Source: Octopus vulgaris
Lineage: Eukaryota
Direction of reading: 5' to 3'
Length of the DNA: 64,000 bases
Assembly: GCA_951406725.2 (NCBI GenBank)
Contig: OX597837.1
Location: 28,520,001 to 28,584,000 of the forward strand
Shown: one piece after another, positions 52,253 through 64,000 of the stretch
Position numbering within the stretch: the stretch's first letter is position 1
Layout: every line of letters begins with the position of its first letter
Translations under genes and position numbers: made by a program
Notes under the pieces: generated by a model
Seen by the model: only the letters and a program-made list of their open reading frames with translations
What the model was told of the DNA's origin: nothing
Databases searched by the model: none

Positions 52253-52779
52253 GTGTGTGTGTATGTATGTGTGCATGCGTGTATGTGTGTGTGCGTGTAT
52301 GTGTATGTATGTGTGCGTGCGTGTGTATGTATGTGTGTGTGTATGTGTGTATATGTGTGTGTGGTGTGTATGTATGTGTGCGTGCGTGTATGTGTGTGTG
52401 CGTGCGTGCGTGTGTGTGTGTGTGTGTGTGTATGTATGTGTACGTATGTATGTGTGTGTATGTGTACGTATGTATGTGTACGTATGTATGTGTGTATGTA
52501 TGTGTGTGGTGTGTGTGTGTGTATGTATGTGGTGTGTATGTATGGGTGTGTGTATGTGTGTGTGTGTGTATGTATGTGTGCGTGCGTGTATGTGTGTATG
52601 TGTGGTGTGGTGTGTGTATGTGTGTGTATGTGTGTGTGTGTATGTGTGTGTGTGTATGTATGTGTGTATGTGTGCGTGCGTGTATATGTGTGTGTGTGTG
52701 TATCCGTGTATGCATGCATGTGTATGTATGTATGTGGTGTGTATGTATGTGTGTGTGTATGTATGGGTGTATGTATGTA

Positions 52780-52864
<85 letters not shown>

Positions 52865-52865
52865 A
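50830..52865. repeat. (TG)-rich low-complexity array
   Basis: Seen directly. Confidence 0.98.
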
Positions 52866-53520
52866 TATCCGGCCCAAATTATTCTGCCTGTATTATGTTC
52901 AAACTGGCCAGATCTGGTCTCTCACACCAACCCTACAATATCATCTTAAAAATTAACACCTACCTCATCAAATTCTCATAGTTACAAGATAATGCATGAT
53001 TAGTTCAAAACAATTTGGATAAAAAAGGATTAATTTTGGCAGAATAATGTGAACACTAAAGGATTAAGTTTAGATATTGTCAAAGGTTGTTGACTTTCTT
53101 TCCACCTCTCTACTATCAGTTGTAAATGTACCAGTAATATATATGGGTTATTTCAGTCAGTTTGACCTCCACCTTGTGATAGCTGTTTGATCTTGTATCA
53201 ATCAAATGTTTAAATCTCTGAGATGGACAAAGAAGGAGATAGTGAGATGAAGGCGTTAGGAAGGGCATCCAGCTGTAGAAACACTGCCAGATCAGACTGG
53301 GCCTGGTGCAGCCTTCTGGCTCCCCAGACCGCAGTTGAACCGTCCAACCCATGCTAACATGGAAAGCGGACACTAAATGATGATGAGCTTCTTCCAGTTT
53401 CCTACTATACCAAATCCACCCAGAAGGTGCCATGATGCAGAGGCACAGAACCTAACATCATGTGATTAGAGAGAAAACTTCTAACACACCCATATATATA
53501 TACATATGGATGGACAAGAT

Positions 53521-53593
<73 letters not shown>

Positions 53594-53847
53594 TAGACAA
53601 GGAGGCCGCATGACAGGAAATACGTTCAAAGAGGAGAGAGAGCTTGATATAGGGGACTGCTTGAGGAAGGAGACTGCCAAAGAAGAAATAGACATACAAG
53701 GGAATGACAGCCCGAGAGAGAAAGAGGAGAAACAGCCGGGCATAGGAAATGTACAAGGAGACAGCCTGAGGAAGGAGATGGACCAGAAAACTTTCAAAGA
53801 GACAGTGAGACCAAAGGAGACAGCCAGATAAAGGACATGAACAAATA

Positions 53848-54238
53848 TCTTTATATATAAAAGAAAGGTTGTGTGTCTGTCTACTCTGATTTAGATTCCT
53901 AACTACTCCCACATTTTGCAGTGCAGTTTAACTAAAAGCGGGTATCTTATAGTCGTGATTCATATCGAGCCCTTATGGGTATTAGCGCGCATCTACGATG
54001 AGTCTACGATTTAAAAAAAAATTTACCATCATTTTTTTCCATTTTAATGCATATTTTTTAAATATAAGGGAAGTAACTCTCTAAAAATGTCTACGCATCA
54101 ACGATTTAAAAAAAAATTTACCATAATTTTTTTTTCATTTTTAATGCATTTTTTGCTATTTTTTTGGCTATAACTCTCTAAAAATGCTTTATAGTTATTT
54201 CTCTTACAAACCCGAGCAACGCCAGGCGATACTGCTAG
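53848..54238 (+). mobile_element. Non-autonomous Helitron, longer variant with repeated internal segment
   Basis: Same termini as 50288-50582. Confidence 0.85.
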
Positions 54239-54544
54239 TTTTGTCATAAGCAAAGTAAAGAGTTTTCTGAATTTCTTCAATCTCAACTACATTACAAACT
54301 CTAAATTCTGTCTGTCTGTCTGTCCAGGACCCCTGTATCTTAGTCGACATTTGCTCTATATAGACATATTATACCTTTCTGGAATCAGGATGATCCTGGG
54401 ATTGAAAATCTGCCCTTCATTTGGTTCTCAAACATCCAGCATTGGGATCTGATTTAAAAGTATTTGGGTTGCTATTTCTAGCAGATAAAGCTTGGCTAAT
54501 TCCCGCCATCTTACAATAACTCTGAGCTAATTCACGCCACAAAC

Positions 54545-54918
54545 AATAACTCTGAGCACCTTTTCAAGCTCCACCCATCTAACACCCGTGGACATGTTTA
54601 CAAAGTAAGAAAACAGCACAGCTCCCATGACTTCAGGAAACATTTTTTCACGCTGAGAGTTGCTGAAGCATGGAACAAACTGCCGGCATCAGTTGTTAGT
54701 TGTCGGAGCGCTGCATCCTTCAAAACTTCCATGCTTTCTGAGATTCGCCAACACTACACCCGATTTTCTCCCCTCCATACACACACAAACATGCATCTAA
54801 CTCATACATTGCTCGTTTTCCAGACATTTCTACATTACTGCATGTACTTTATATGCACTTTCTGACAAGTTGTGGTGCACCTGAGCACTGTATACAATAA
54901 TTTCATTATTATTATTAT
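54545..54918 (+). mobile_element. CR1-like LINE 3' end
   Basis: SNTRGHVYKVRKQHSSHDFRKHFFTLRVAEAWNKLP, then a UTR ending in (ATT)n. Confidence 0.85.
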
Positions 54919-55308
54919 CTTGGCTGGCATTTGTCAGACGACGTCAGAGAGCAAAGGGGAGATAAATGACATTCTCTTCATTAATTTTATGTTGAGATAA
55001 GAACTTTGGGACAAATTGGTCAACAGTAGGAATTCAACTTGGAGACTGGAACAATAGGATTTATTGCATTACAGAATTAATTCTCATCCGTCCTTAACCG
55101 CCGATCAAACACCCCCCCGGGGCATATAGTCATTATAGATGTATTAGTCATGCTATTTAGCTCTCTTTAGTTTTGGGCCACTCTACCCAGAGGTAGAGTA
55201 ATATGCTTTATTTAAAAGCAGCAGAAATATAACAAAAGCTGGCCAACGAACAGAAACATGAAACTCTGAGTAACAGCTTTTGTTATATTTCTGCTGCTTT
55301 TAAATAAA

Positions 55309-55352
<44 letters not shown>

Positions 55353-55435
55353 TATATTTAAAATAGATGTGTTGTTGTATTGTATGTGTGTATATCTATG
55401 TATATATATATATGTCTAGTCTTCTCTTTCTCATG

Positions 55436-55467
<32 letters not shown>

Positions 55468-55641
55468 CTGGAGTAAGCACATAAATGTGAAACAAAGTGG
55501 AAAAAAGAGTACTCAAATACCAGAGGTAGAGTAATATGCTTTATTTAAAAGCAGCAGAAATATAACAAAAACTGGCCAACGAACAGGAACATGAAACTCT
55601 GAGTAACAGCTTTTGTTATATTTCTGCTGCTTTTAAATAAA

Positions 55642-55678
<37 letters not shown>

Positions 55679-56167
55679 GATAGATAGATACATACAATAA
55701 AACAACACATCTCTTGAGAAGACATAGGCACATCTTTGTTCTCTTTCAATGCTAGTAGTCACTATTGTTAGTACTTAAATACAAATAAAACGTGAACGAA
55801 AATAAAAAAAGCACCAACACAAAATCCTGTGTCAATTCTGAAAGGGATTAGTTGTTAAAATAATAAAAACAAAACCATGAAAACAACAATAAATATATGA
55901 ATATATAAAAGCATCCCAAAGCCGGATGCAAGGACTTGGTTATGAATGTTTCTTACTTGCATACACAAGCGTGGAGATGCCTGAGAACACATCATCACGT
56001 TAAATAAATTCAGCTGAAATTTACAAAGAAATGATACAATACATTGGCTGTGTTAATTAGTGGTTAATTAGGAGATAATGGCACACGGCATGAGAATTTG
56101 TTAATTATTTAACCTTGATGTGTGTGCGTGCTGTGGAGTTTTTTCTAAAGTACTGAAAGCCTTTAGT

Positions 56168-56725
56168 GTGCCGGTGGCACGTAAAAAAGAACCATCCGAC
56201 CGTGGCCGTTTGCCAGCCTCGTCTGGCACCTGTTTCGGTGGCACGTAAAAAGCACCATCCGACCGTGGCCGTTTGCCAGCCTCGTCTGGCACCATCCGAC
56301 CGTGGCCATTTGCCAGCCTCGTCTGGCACGTAAAAAGCACCATCCAACCGTGGCCGTTTGCCAGCCTTGCCTGGCCCCCATGCCGGTGGCACGTAAAAAG
56401 CACCATCCGACCGTGGCCGTTGCCAGCCTCACCTGGCACGTAAAAAGCACCATCCGACCGTGGCCATGTGCCAGCCTCATCTGGCACCTGTGCTGGTGGC
56501 ACGTAAAAAGCACCATCCGACCGTGGCCGTAGCCAGCCTCACCTGGCACGTAAAAAGCACCCACTACACTCAATGAGTGGTTGGCGTTAGGAAGGGTATC
56601 CAGTCGTAGAAACATTGCCAGATCAGACTGGGCCTTTAGGCAGCCTTCTGGCTTCCCAGACCCCAGTTGAACCGTCCAACCCATGCTAGCATGGAAAGCA
56701 GACGCTAAATGATGATGATGATGAC
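56168..56725 (+). mobile_element. Repeat D with expanded internal tandem array
   Basis: About 7 variable units of ggcacgtaaaaagcaccatccgaccgtggcc. Confidence 0.8.
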
Positions 56726-57045
56726 ACACACACACAATGAGCTTCTTCCAGTTTCCTTCTATACCAAATCCACCCAGAAGGTGCCATGATGCAGAGGCAC
56801 AGAACCTAACACCATGTGATTAGAGATAAAACTTCTAACAACACACCCACGCATACACATATGAATGGACGGTTGGACAAGATAGACAGACAGAGAGAGA
56901 GAGAGAGAGAGAGAGATAGAAAAGTGAATAGATAGAGAGATAGGTACATGAATAGACAGACGGATAGGTGAATAGATAGACAGATATGTTGTAAATATAC
57001 TTTTAATTTATTAAGATGCCGAAGGTATTAAAAAAATTTAATTAA

Positions 57046-57557
57046 CCCTTTAGTGTTTAAACCAGCCATATCCGGCCCAATTAATCTACCTGTTTTCTGT
57101 TAAAACTACCCAGATTTGGTATCTCACACCAGCCTATAATGTCAATCTAAAAACAGGTGATAAGATCATGGAAATCTTAAAGCTACGAAATAATGCATGA
57201 TTAACTTAAAACAATATGGATGAAGAAGAATGGTTGTATACTGTCAATCTAACAACAACGTGACAGTAGGGGGTACACCACCGTTGTATAGCCCTAGGAG
57301 GCATCGAACGCCTCCTGACAGCTTATGTGTCCTTATATACATATAAGCTGTCAGGAGGCGTTCGATGCCTCCTAGGGCTATACAACGGTGGTGTACCCCC
57401 TACTGTCATGTTCTTGTTAGATTGACAGTATACAACCATTCTATCGCCCCACCACCGTACAGGTCTCTACGAGAGATTTAGAAATTCAATATTTCTTATT
57501 TTGATAATATGGATGAATAAATATTATATTTGACAGAATAATCTGAATGCTAAAGGA
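57046..57557. mobile_element. TTAA MITE family 2 carrying a foldback insertion
   Basis: Same family as 43609 and ~52865-53067. Confidence 0.75.
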
Positions 57558-57670
57558 TTAAAGCTGGTGTCAGAGACTAGTAACTAAAGAGTTTCTATTT
57601 CATCTCTTGCTCTAACAGAGTTGAAGCTGGTCATTCACCACCACCACCACCACCACCTTCCTCTGTTTAA

Positions 57671-57891
57671 TCCTTTCATTACCAACCCAGCTGAAACCGG
57701 CTCTGGCTCTGTAGTACAAATGTCTTGTTTTCAAAAGTTTTAAATTCAAATCTTCCACCAAACCTTAGTCACAATTTATGTTCCTAACACTAGCTTAATG
57801 ATAACGAAGTTATTTTACTAAATTCTTTGTTATATTTAAAATAATTGGAAGAGACACAGTGCATCTCAAAATAAATACAGTAATGAAAGGG
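57671..57891. mobile_element. TTAA MITE family 1
   Basis: TIRs plus TTAA on both sides. Confidence 0.75.
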
Positions 57892-58117
57892 TTAATGCAC
57901 ACACCCTACATGCAGGTGTAATGTTGTTGTTTAGCCCCAGCAGTCCTATATTCCATACATAACCATCCTGTAATCTACCTACAACTTTATCTGATGTCGA
58001 TTTGGCAGTCATTTATAACAGTCAAATAACTAAATAAAGGCTCCCCTGTTGATTCAAGAATGTAAAATTATATTAAAACCAGTAACTGAAAATACTGCCA
58101 TACCACTGATGGTATAC

Positions 58118-58319
58118 GGTGGCGAGCTGGCAGAGACGTTAGCACGCCGGACGAAATGCTTAGCGGTATTTCGTCTGCCGCTACGTTCCGAGTTCACATT
58201 CCGCCGAGGTCGACTTTGCCGTTCATCCTTTCGGGGTCGATTAAATAAGTACCAGTTACGCACTGGGGTCGATGTAATCGACTTAACCCATTTAGCCCCT
58301 TGTGGGCAGTAAAGAAATA
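58118..58319 (+). mobile_element. MetaSINE-like SINE B (short tail deletion)
   Basis: TSD ggtatac at 58111-58117 and 58320-58326. Confidence 0.85.
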
Positions 58320-59828
58320 GGTATACAGAGGTCAAGAGCATAGAAGATACTTCTTCTATGACTAAGTCAGCCTGGTAGAACCCATCCACCCATAAACTAT
58401 AGGAAAAATGGGAGCTGACTGGGGTAGGTTCAATAACAGGATATTTATTTGTTGCTTAATTTTTTCAAATCTATTTCGTAGGTCCCTCTAAGGAATGGGT
58501 TATAGGGGAGGCATAGGAGAAGAGTATAAATAGGATAAGGAGTAAGCTAAGGGAACATTCATCAATTTAATAGTGCTGCACCCGCTTGTTTACAATATTG
58601 AATGATCTCTATCCTACAGTAAATGGACTGAGTCGTCTCAGAGTTAAAAGCCTTGACAACAAACAAAACACAGTATTGGGTTCAGGTGAGAAACCTTTCA
58701 CCAATCTGTAAATTATTAAGACATTAAAACGAGCGATTATATATACTGTATTTTGAAATAATAGCATGAAATTCAATACCAAAAAAATTTCTCACGAAGA
58801 TATATATGTCTAAAATAGTTCTGTTGCAGTGGTTAACTATAATCAGTATGAGAAGACAGTACCAATGCAGTAATAACAGAATGGTAACAGATGGCAGAAG
58901 TTTAAGGAACTGTTAGTAGTTAAGAGGCTCCCAGTAAAGGAATTATTATCTAGGCATTTCAACCAGCAAGTAGTAATAGCTGCCAAATTTAGTCGTTTCT
59001 CATTTAAATTATCATCATAAAACTAAAACTAAGCATTGACCACTAACAAGAATCTCCCAAGTAGCGTAAGAGTCATTTCTTCAACAAATTTGAGCCTTAC
59101 CACAATCTAAAAGAGAAGTAAAAAGCTACAGGTTAAACTGCCAGTGCAAACTTGCAAATTAGAAGTAGATATACAGTAGAGTGTGTGTTTGTGTGTGTGT
59201 ATTATCATCATCATCATCATTTAACGTCCGCTTTCCATGCTAGCATGGGTTGGACGATTTGATTGGGGGACTGGTGAGCCAGATGGCTGCACCAGGCTCC
59301 AATCTGATCTGGCAGAGTTTCTACATCTGGATGTCCTTCCTAACGCCAACCACTCCGAGAGTGTAGTGGGTGCTTTTACGTGCCACCTTGTCAAACTTAG
59401 TATGTGTGTGTGTGTGTCTGTGTGTGTGTATAAATATATCATTAATTAAATATATTCTGTTAGAATATTATACACTGAATTTATAATGAGTGCTCTTTGT
59501 ATAAAATATCAGAAATATTAATACTATAAAATATTTAGACATTAATACGAGTGATTATATATACTGTATATTAAAATAATAGCATGAAATTTAATATCAG
59601 AAAAATTTCTCACAAAGATATATATGTCTAAATTAGTATTGTACTAAAAATATATATAAATATATGAAACATGACAGCTTGAAAGTTTGTTAGTTAAATT
59701 TTATTTATTTATTTAAATTTAATTTACCAAAGTCGACCTGTATGAATCTAAAGCAGTAAATTTTAATCTATTTTCAAAAATACTTTCCTTTATATTTTTC
59801 TAATTTTAAATCAACATTCAATATATTA

Positions 59829-60235
59829 TTACTCTTTTACTCGTTTCAGTCATTTGACTGCGGCCATGCTGGAGCACCGCCTTTAGTCGAGCAAATCGAC
59901 CCCGGGACTTATTCTTTGTAAGCCCAGTACTTATTCTATCGGTCTCTTTTGCTGAACCGCTAAGTGACGGGGACGTAAACACACCAGCATCGGTTGTCAA
60001 GCAATGCTAGGGGGACAAACACAGACACACAAACATATACACACACACTTATATATATATACATATATACGACAGGCTTCTTTCAGTTTCCGTCTACCAA
60101 ATCCACTCACAAGGCATTGGTCGGCCCGGGGCTATAGCAGAAGACACTTGCCCAAGATGCCACGCAGTGGGACTGAACCCGGAACCATGTGGTTGGTTAG
60201 CAAGCTACTGACCACACAGCCACTCCTGCGCCTAT
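59829..60235 (-). mobile_element. SINE A
   Basis: Full-length match. Confidence 0.85.
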
Positions 60236-60256
60236 TATATAAACTTTATCTTCTCA

Positions 60257-60345
60257 ATCTCTGACGAGCGGAGTATTGTCTATCAATGTGCATCAACAAT
60301 GGATTCCATTGTAATGACAATACATTCATGAAACGATCGTAAGGT
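60257..60345 (+). ncRNA. Type I hammerhead ribozyme, second family
   Basis: CTGACGA g..gtattgtc...gacaatac..t GAAA cgatc GTA; stem III palindrome acgatcgt. Confidence 0.62.
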
Positions 60346-60690
60346 GCATTAACAAAATTTTAAGCTGTCGTGTTTCATATATTTATATACATTTCTAATA
60401 ATTTATATACATTTCTATTTTAGACATATATATATATTCGTGAGAAATTTTTTTGATATTGAATTTCATGCTATTATTTCAAAATACAGTGTGTGTGTGT
60501 CTGTATATACACACCAAATAAGTTAGGGGTTGTGGATCCAACCCACTAAGGGATTGTTTATGTGGTCATGAGCTTGGATGTATGTATATGTTCCAGTATG
60601 TATATGACGAATGGTCTATTTTCTTGGACCTATTGTTTAATTGTGCTTATTTATGTATTTATACACTTGTAAAAGCGTATATACTTTGCT

Positions 60691-60729
<39 letters not shown>

Positions 60730-60910
60730 ATATGGATATTTATATTTTTATATATTTATATTTATATTTTATCTAGTTTCAGCTCACGAGCTGTGGCCAT
60801 GCTGGGGCACCGCCATTCCATGTTTCTATTTATATATATTTGTTTATATATATATATTAAATTGTACATGTATCCTGTTTCATGTATCTATATTTTGCAG
60901 GTTCTTTATA

Positions 60911-61035
60911 ATCTCTGACGAGGCCTATGGTTATATATAAGTACCCTATTTTTAAATACCTACAACCTCAATATAATTGACAACTATAGGCACTAAAAAA
61001 TTACTTTTTTCCATAGGCTGAAACAGCTGTAAGAG
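60911..61035 (+). ncRNA. Type I hammerhead ribozyme with long stem II
   Basis: CTGACGA ggcctatgg...ccataggct GAAA cagct GTA aga. Confidence 0.72.
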
Positions 61036-61225
61036 TGATTTTAACGATTTCAATAATTTATATTAAGATTTTTATAATTGTATTCTTATCTTATATGTAT
61101 TGAATTATAATGTAAACATGTATGTTATTAAGGTTTTTGCTAAATAAATAAATAAGTCAACATTCTAATATCCGAAAGCTGATGAACCAACTAAATTGTT
61201 TCTCCATTTTCTTATTTGTATTATA

Positions 61226-61280
<55 letters not shown>

Positions 61281-61281
<1 letters not shown>

Positions 61282-61670
61282 GAGGCGCAATGGCCCAGTG
61301 GTTAGGGCAGCGGACTCGCGGTCATAGGATCGCGGTTTCGATTCCCAGACCAGGTGTTGTGAGTGTTTATTGAGCGAAAACACCTAAAGCTCCACGAGGC
61401 TCCGGCAGGGGATGGTGGTGATCCCTGCTCTACTCTTTCACCACAACTTTCTCTCACTCTTACTTCCTGTTTCTGTTGTACCTGTATTTCAAAGGGCCGG
61501 CCTTGTCACCCTCTGTGTCACGCTGAATATCCCCGAGAACTACGTTAAGGGTACACGTGTCTGTGGAGTGCTCAGCCACTTACACGTTAATTTCACAAGC
61601 AGGCTGTTCCGTTGATTCGGATCAACCAGAACCCTCGTCGTCATAACCGACAGAGTGCTTCCATCCATAT
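61281..61670 (+). mobile_element. tRNA-derived SINE (family C head, different 3' half)
   Basis: TGGCCCAGTGG and GTTTCGATTCC boxes, inserted in (TA)n. Confidence 0.8.
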
Positions 61671-62534
61671 ATATATATATTCCAGATGCAAAATTGAATG
61701 TATACATAACTGAAAGGCACCCATGCCGATGATGAGTAAATAGCACCTGTGCCAGTGACACACTAAAGTGACTCATGCTGGTCACATGTAAGAGACACCC
61801 AGTACACTCTATGGAGTGGTTGGCATTAAGAAGGGCATCCAGCCATAGAAACCAAGCCAAAAGAAACTGGAGCCAGGTGCAGTTCTCAGGCTTACTGGCT
61901 CCACTCAAACTACCTAATCCATTCCTGCATGGAAAACGGATGCTAAATGATGATGTGAAGTGAAATGCATATATATAACCCAGCAGACAAATAAATGCAG
62001 TAGAAATTGTTGCAACTGAAATGCATTTCGTCTGGTGCTTTTACAGTCAGTGTCGTAGGCACGCCGTGTCGGTGGCACGTAAAAAGCACCATCCGAATCG
62101 TGGCCGAAGCCAGTGCCGCCTCGACTGGCTTCCGTGCAGGTGGTACATAAAATGCACCAATCTGACCGTGGCCGATGCCAGCCTCGCCTGGCACCAGTGC
62201 AGGTGGCACGTAAAAATCACCCACTACACTCACGGAGTGGTTGGCGTTAGGAAGGGCATCCAGCTGTAGAAACATTGCCAGATAAGACCGGAGCCTGGTG
62301 CAGCCTTCTGGCTTCCCAGATCCCCGGTCGAACCATCCAACCCATGCTAGCATGGAAAACGGACGTTAAACGATGATGATGATGATGTCCCTTTTACTGC
62401 CTAGTAGAAAGTATTGTTGGGGAGCTACGGAGTGAGTAAAAGACGAACACACAGACAAAGGTAAGTAATCGTGAATCCCAACAAACGAGATCAATAATGT
62501 TGCACCTGAAGTATGGGAAGCAGTGACAACTCAC

Positions 62535-62646
62535 TTTGATCCGAAGATCAAGTCTGCATCAGGAGCACCCTTGGGGTGTTGATAACGTACACGTCTCTCC
62601 CTGTTAGTGTTCACAGGTGCTGGTCTGTTGAGGGCAGCTAACATCT
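62535..62646 (-). CDS. UPF2: UPF2 penultimate coding exon
   Basis: tttcag acceptor, GTGAGT donor, phase-compatible with the upstream exon. Encodes (E)MLAALNRPAPVNTNRERRVRYQHPKGAPDADLIFGS(K), close to the recalled human RPAPANTNRERRPRYQHPKGAPNADLIF. Confidence 0.95.
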
Positions 62647-62973
62647 CTGAAACAGAAGTGAAAGAAAAATTCAAAATATTATAATAATAATAATAATAAT
62701 AATAATCTTTTTCACTAAAGGCACAAAACCTAAAATTTTGAGGGAGGGGGACTAGTTGATTACATTGACCCCAGTGTTTCACTGGTACTTAATTTATCGG
62801 CCCCAAGGCAAAGTGGACCTCAGAGGAATTGGATCTCAGAACATGAAGACAGACGAAATACCACTAAGCATTTCACCCAGCATGCTAACAATTCTGCCAA
62901 GGCAAAGTCAACCTCAGCGGAATTTGAACTCAGAACATAAAGAACAAAATGTCACTATGCATTCTGCCTGGCA

Positions 62974-63375
62974 TACTCTTTTACTTGTTTCAGTCATTTG
63001 ACTGTGGCCATGCTGGAGCACCGCCTTTAGTTGAGCAAATCAACCCCAGGACTTATTCTTTGTAAGCCTAGTACTTATTCTATCAGTCTCTTTTGCCAAA
63101 ACCGCTAAGTTATGGGTATATAAACACACCAGCATCGGTTGTCAAGCAATGTTGGGGGACACACACACAAACACTGATATATATATTTACGAAGGGCTTC
63201 TTTCAGTTTCTGTCTACCAAATCCACTCACAAGGCATTGGTCGGCCCAGGGCTATAGCAGAAGACACTTGCCCAAGATGCCACGCAGTGGGACTGAAACC
63301 GGAACCATGTGGTTGGTTAGCAAGCTACTTACCACACAGCCACTCCTGCACCTATATGGCCACTCCTGCGCCTAT
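62974..63375 (-). mobile_element. SINE A (UPF2 intron)
   Basis: Full-length match; a degenerate copy follows at ~63395-63790. Confidence 0.85.
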
Positions 63376-63590
63376 ATATAAACAATAAATCTTTATCTTT
63401 TATCATTTACTTGTTTCAGTCATTGGACACAGGCCATGCTGGGGCTCTGTATTAAAGGATTATTTCTAGTCAAACAGATCGACTTCAGCATTTTTTTTTA
63501 AAGTTTGATACTTATTCTATCAGTCTCTCTTGCTAAACCACTAAGTTACAGGGATGTAAGCAAACCAACACTGGGCATGAAGCAGTGGTG

Positions 63591-63625
<35 letters not shown>

Positions 63626-63862
63626 CATATGTATAGCAGGCTTCCATCTACCAAACCCACTCAAAAAGCATTGATTAACTTGTGGCTAGAGTAGACGACA
63701 GATACCTGCCAATGGTGCTGTGCATTGAAACTGACCCCCAAAACAAGGTGGCAAAGTGAGTTTCTTGGCCACACCCCTACACCTGTCCAATTTTATGTTT
63801 TACACAGGCAGATACAGACCACCCCCCCACACAGAGACCCACATTTCTAAAACTATTATTAC

Positions 63863-63941
63863 CTTGATAATCTTCCTCTTCTTGTCGTTCATGGATACCA
63901 AGGACAACCTGTTTCATCTGTTCTTTCTCCGCTCGCTCAGC
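63863..63941 (-). CDS. UPF2: UPF2 (regulator of nonsense transcripts 2) internal coding exon
   Basis: ttgttcag acceptor and GTAATA donor flank 79 nt encoding AERAEKEQMKQVVLGIHERQEEEDYQ(E). This matches the metazoan UPF2 C-terminal region as I recall it (human ...LDINERQEQEDYQE). Confidence 0.92.
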
Positions 63942-64000
63942 CTGAACAACAAAAAATAAGAAAACAAGAAAAATGTGTACAAGTTTTACAGAAGTTTCAA

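Noticed and set aside
61281-61355. Possible tRNA genes (also 16333 and 21388)
   Set aside because: They continue into SINE bodies, two of them with TSDs; these are tRNA-derived heads.

Overview
Repeat-dominated eukaryotic DNA; the SINE families and microsatellite load suggest an octopod cephalopod (inference). The only host gene I can support is the 3' end of UPF2 (nonsense-mediated decay factor) on the minus strand: exons 63941-63863 and 62646-62535, then a probable terminal exon starting at 47751 with a ~3.7 kb 3'UTR. The rest is microsatellites and minisatellites, several tRNA-derived SINE families, decayed RTE, CR1-like and R4/Dong LINEs, a Tigger transposon, MITEs, Helitrons and Penelope-type remnants carrying hammerhead ribozymes. 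The most notable structure is at 24.8-32.3 kb. A full-length L1/Tx1-clade retrotransposon and a divergent ORF1-only relative sit head-to-tail at the same site just after the A box of one SINE, with the target sequence repeated at all three junctions. Their 3' tail is shared with a MetaSINE-like family whose target duplications start with GGTA. Together these suggest a three-member, target-biased retrotransposon system. All calls were made by eye; no database searches were run.
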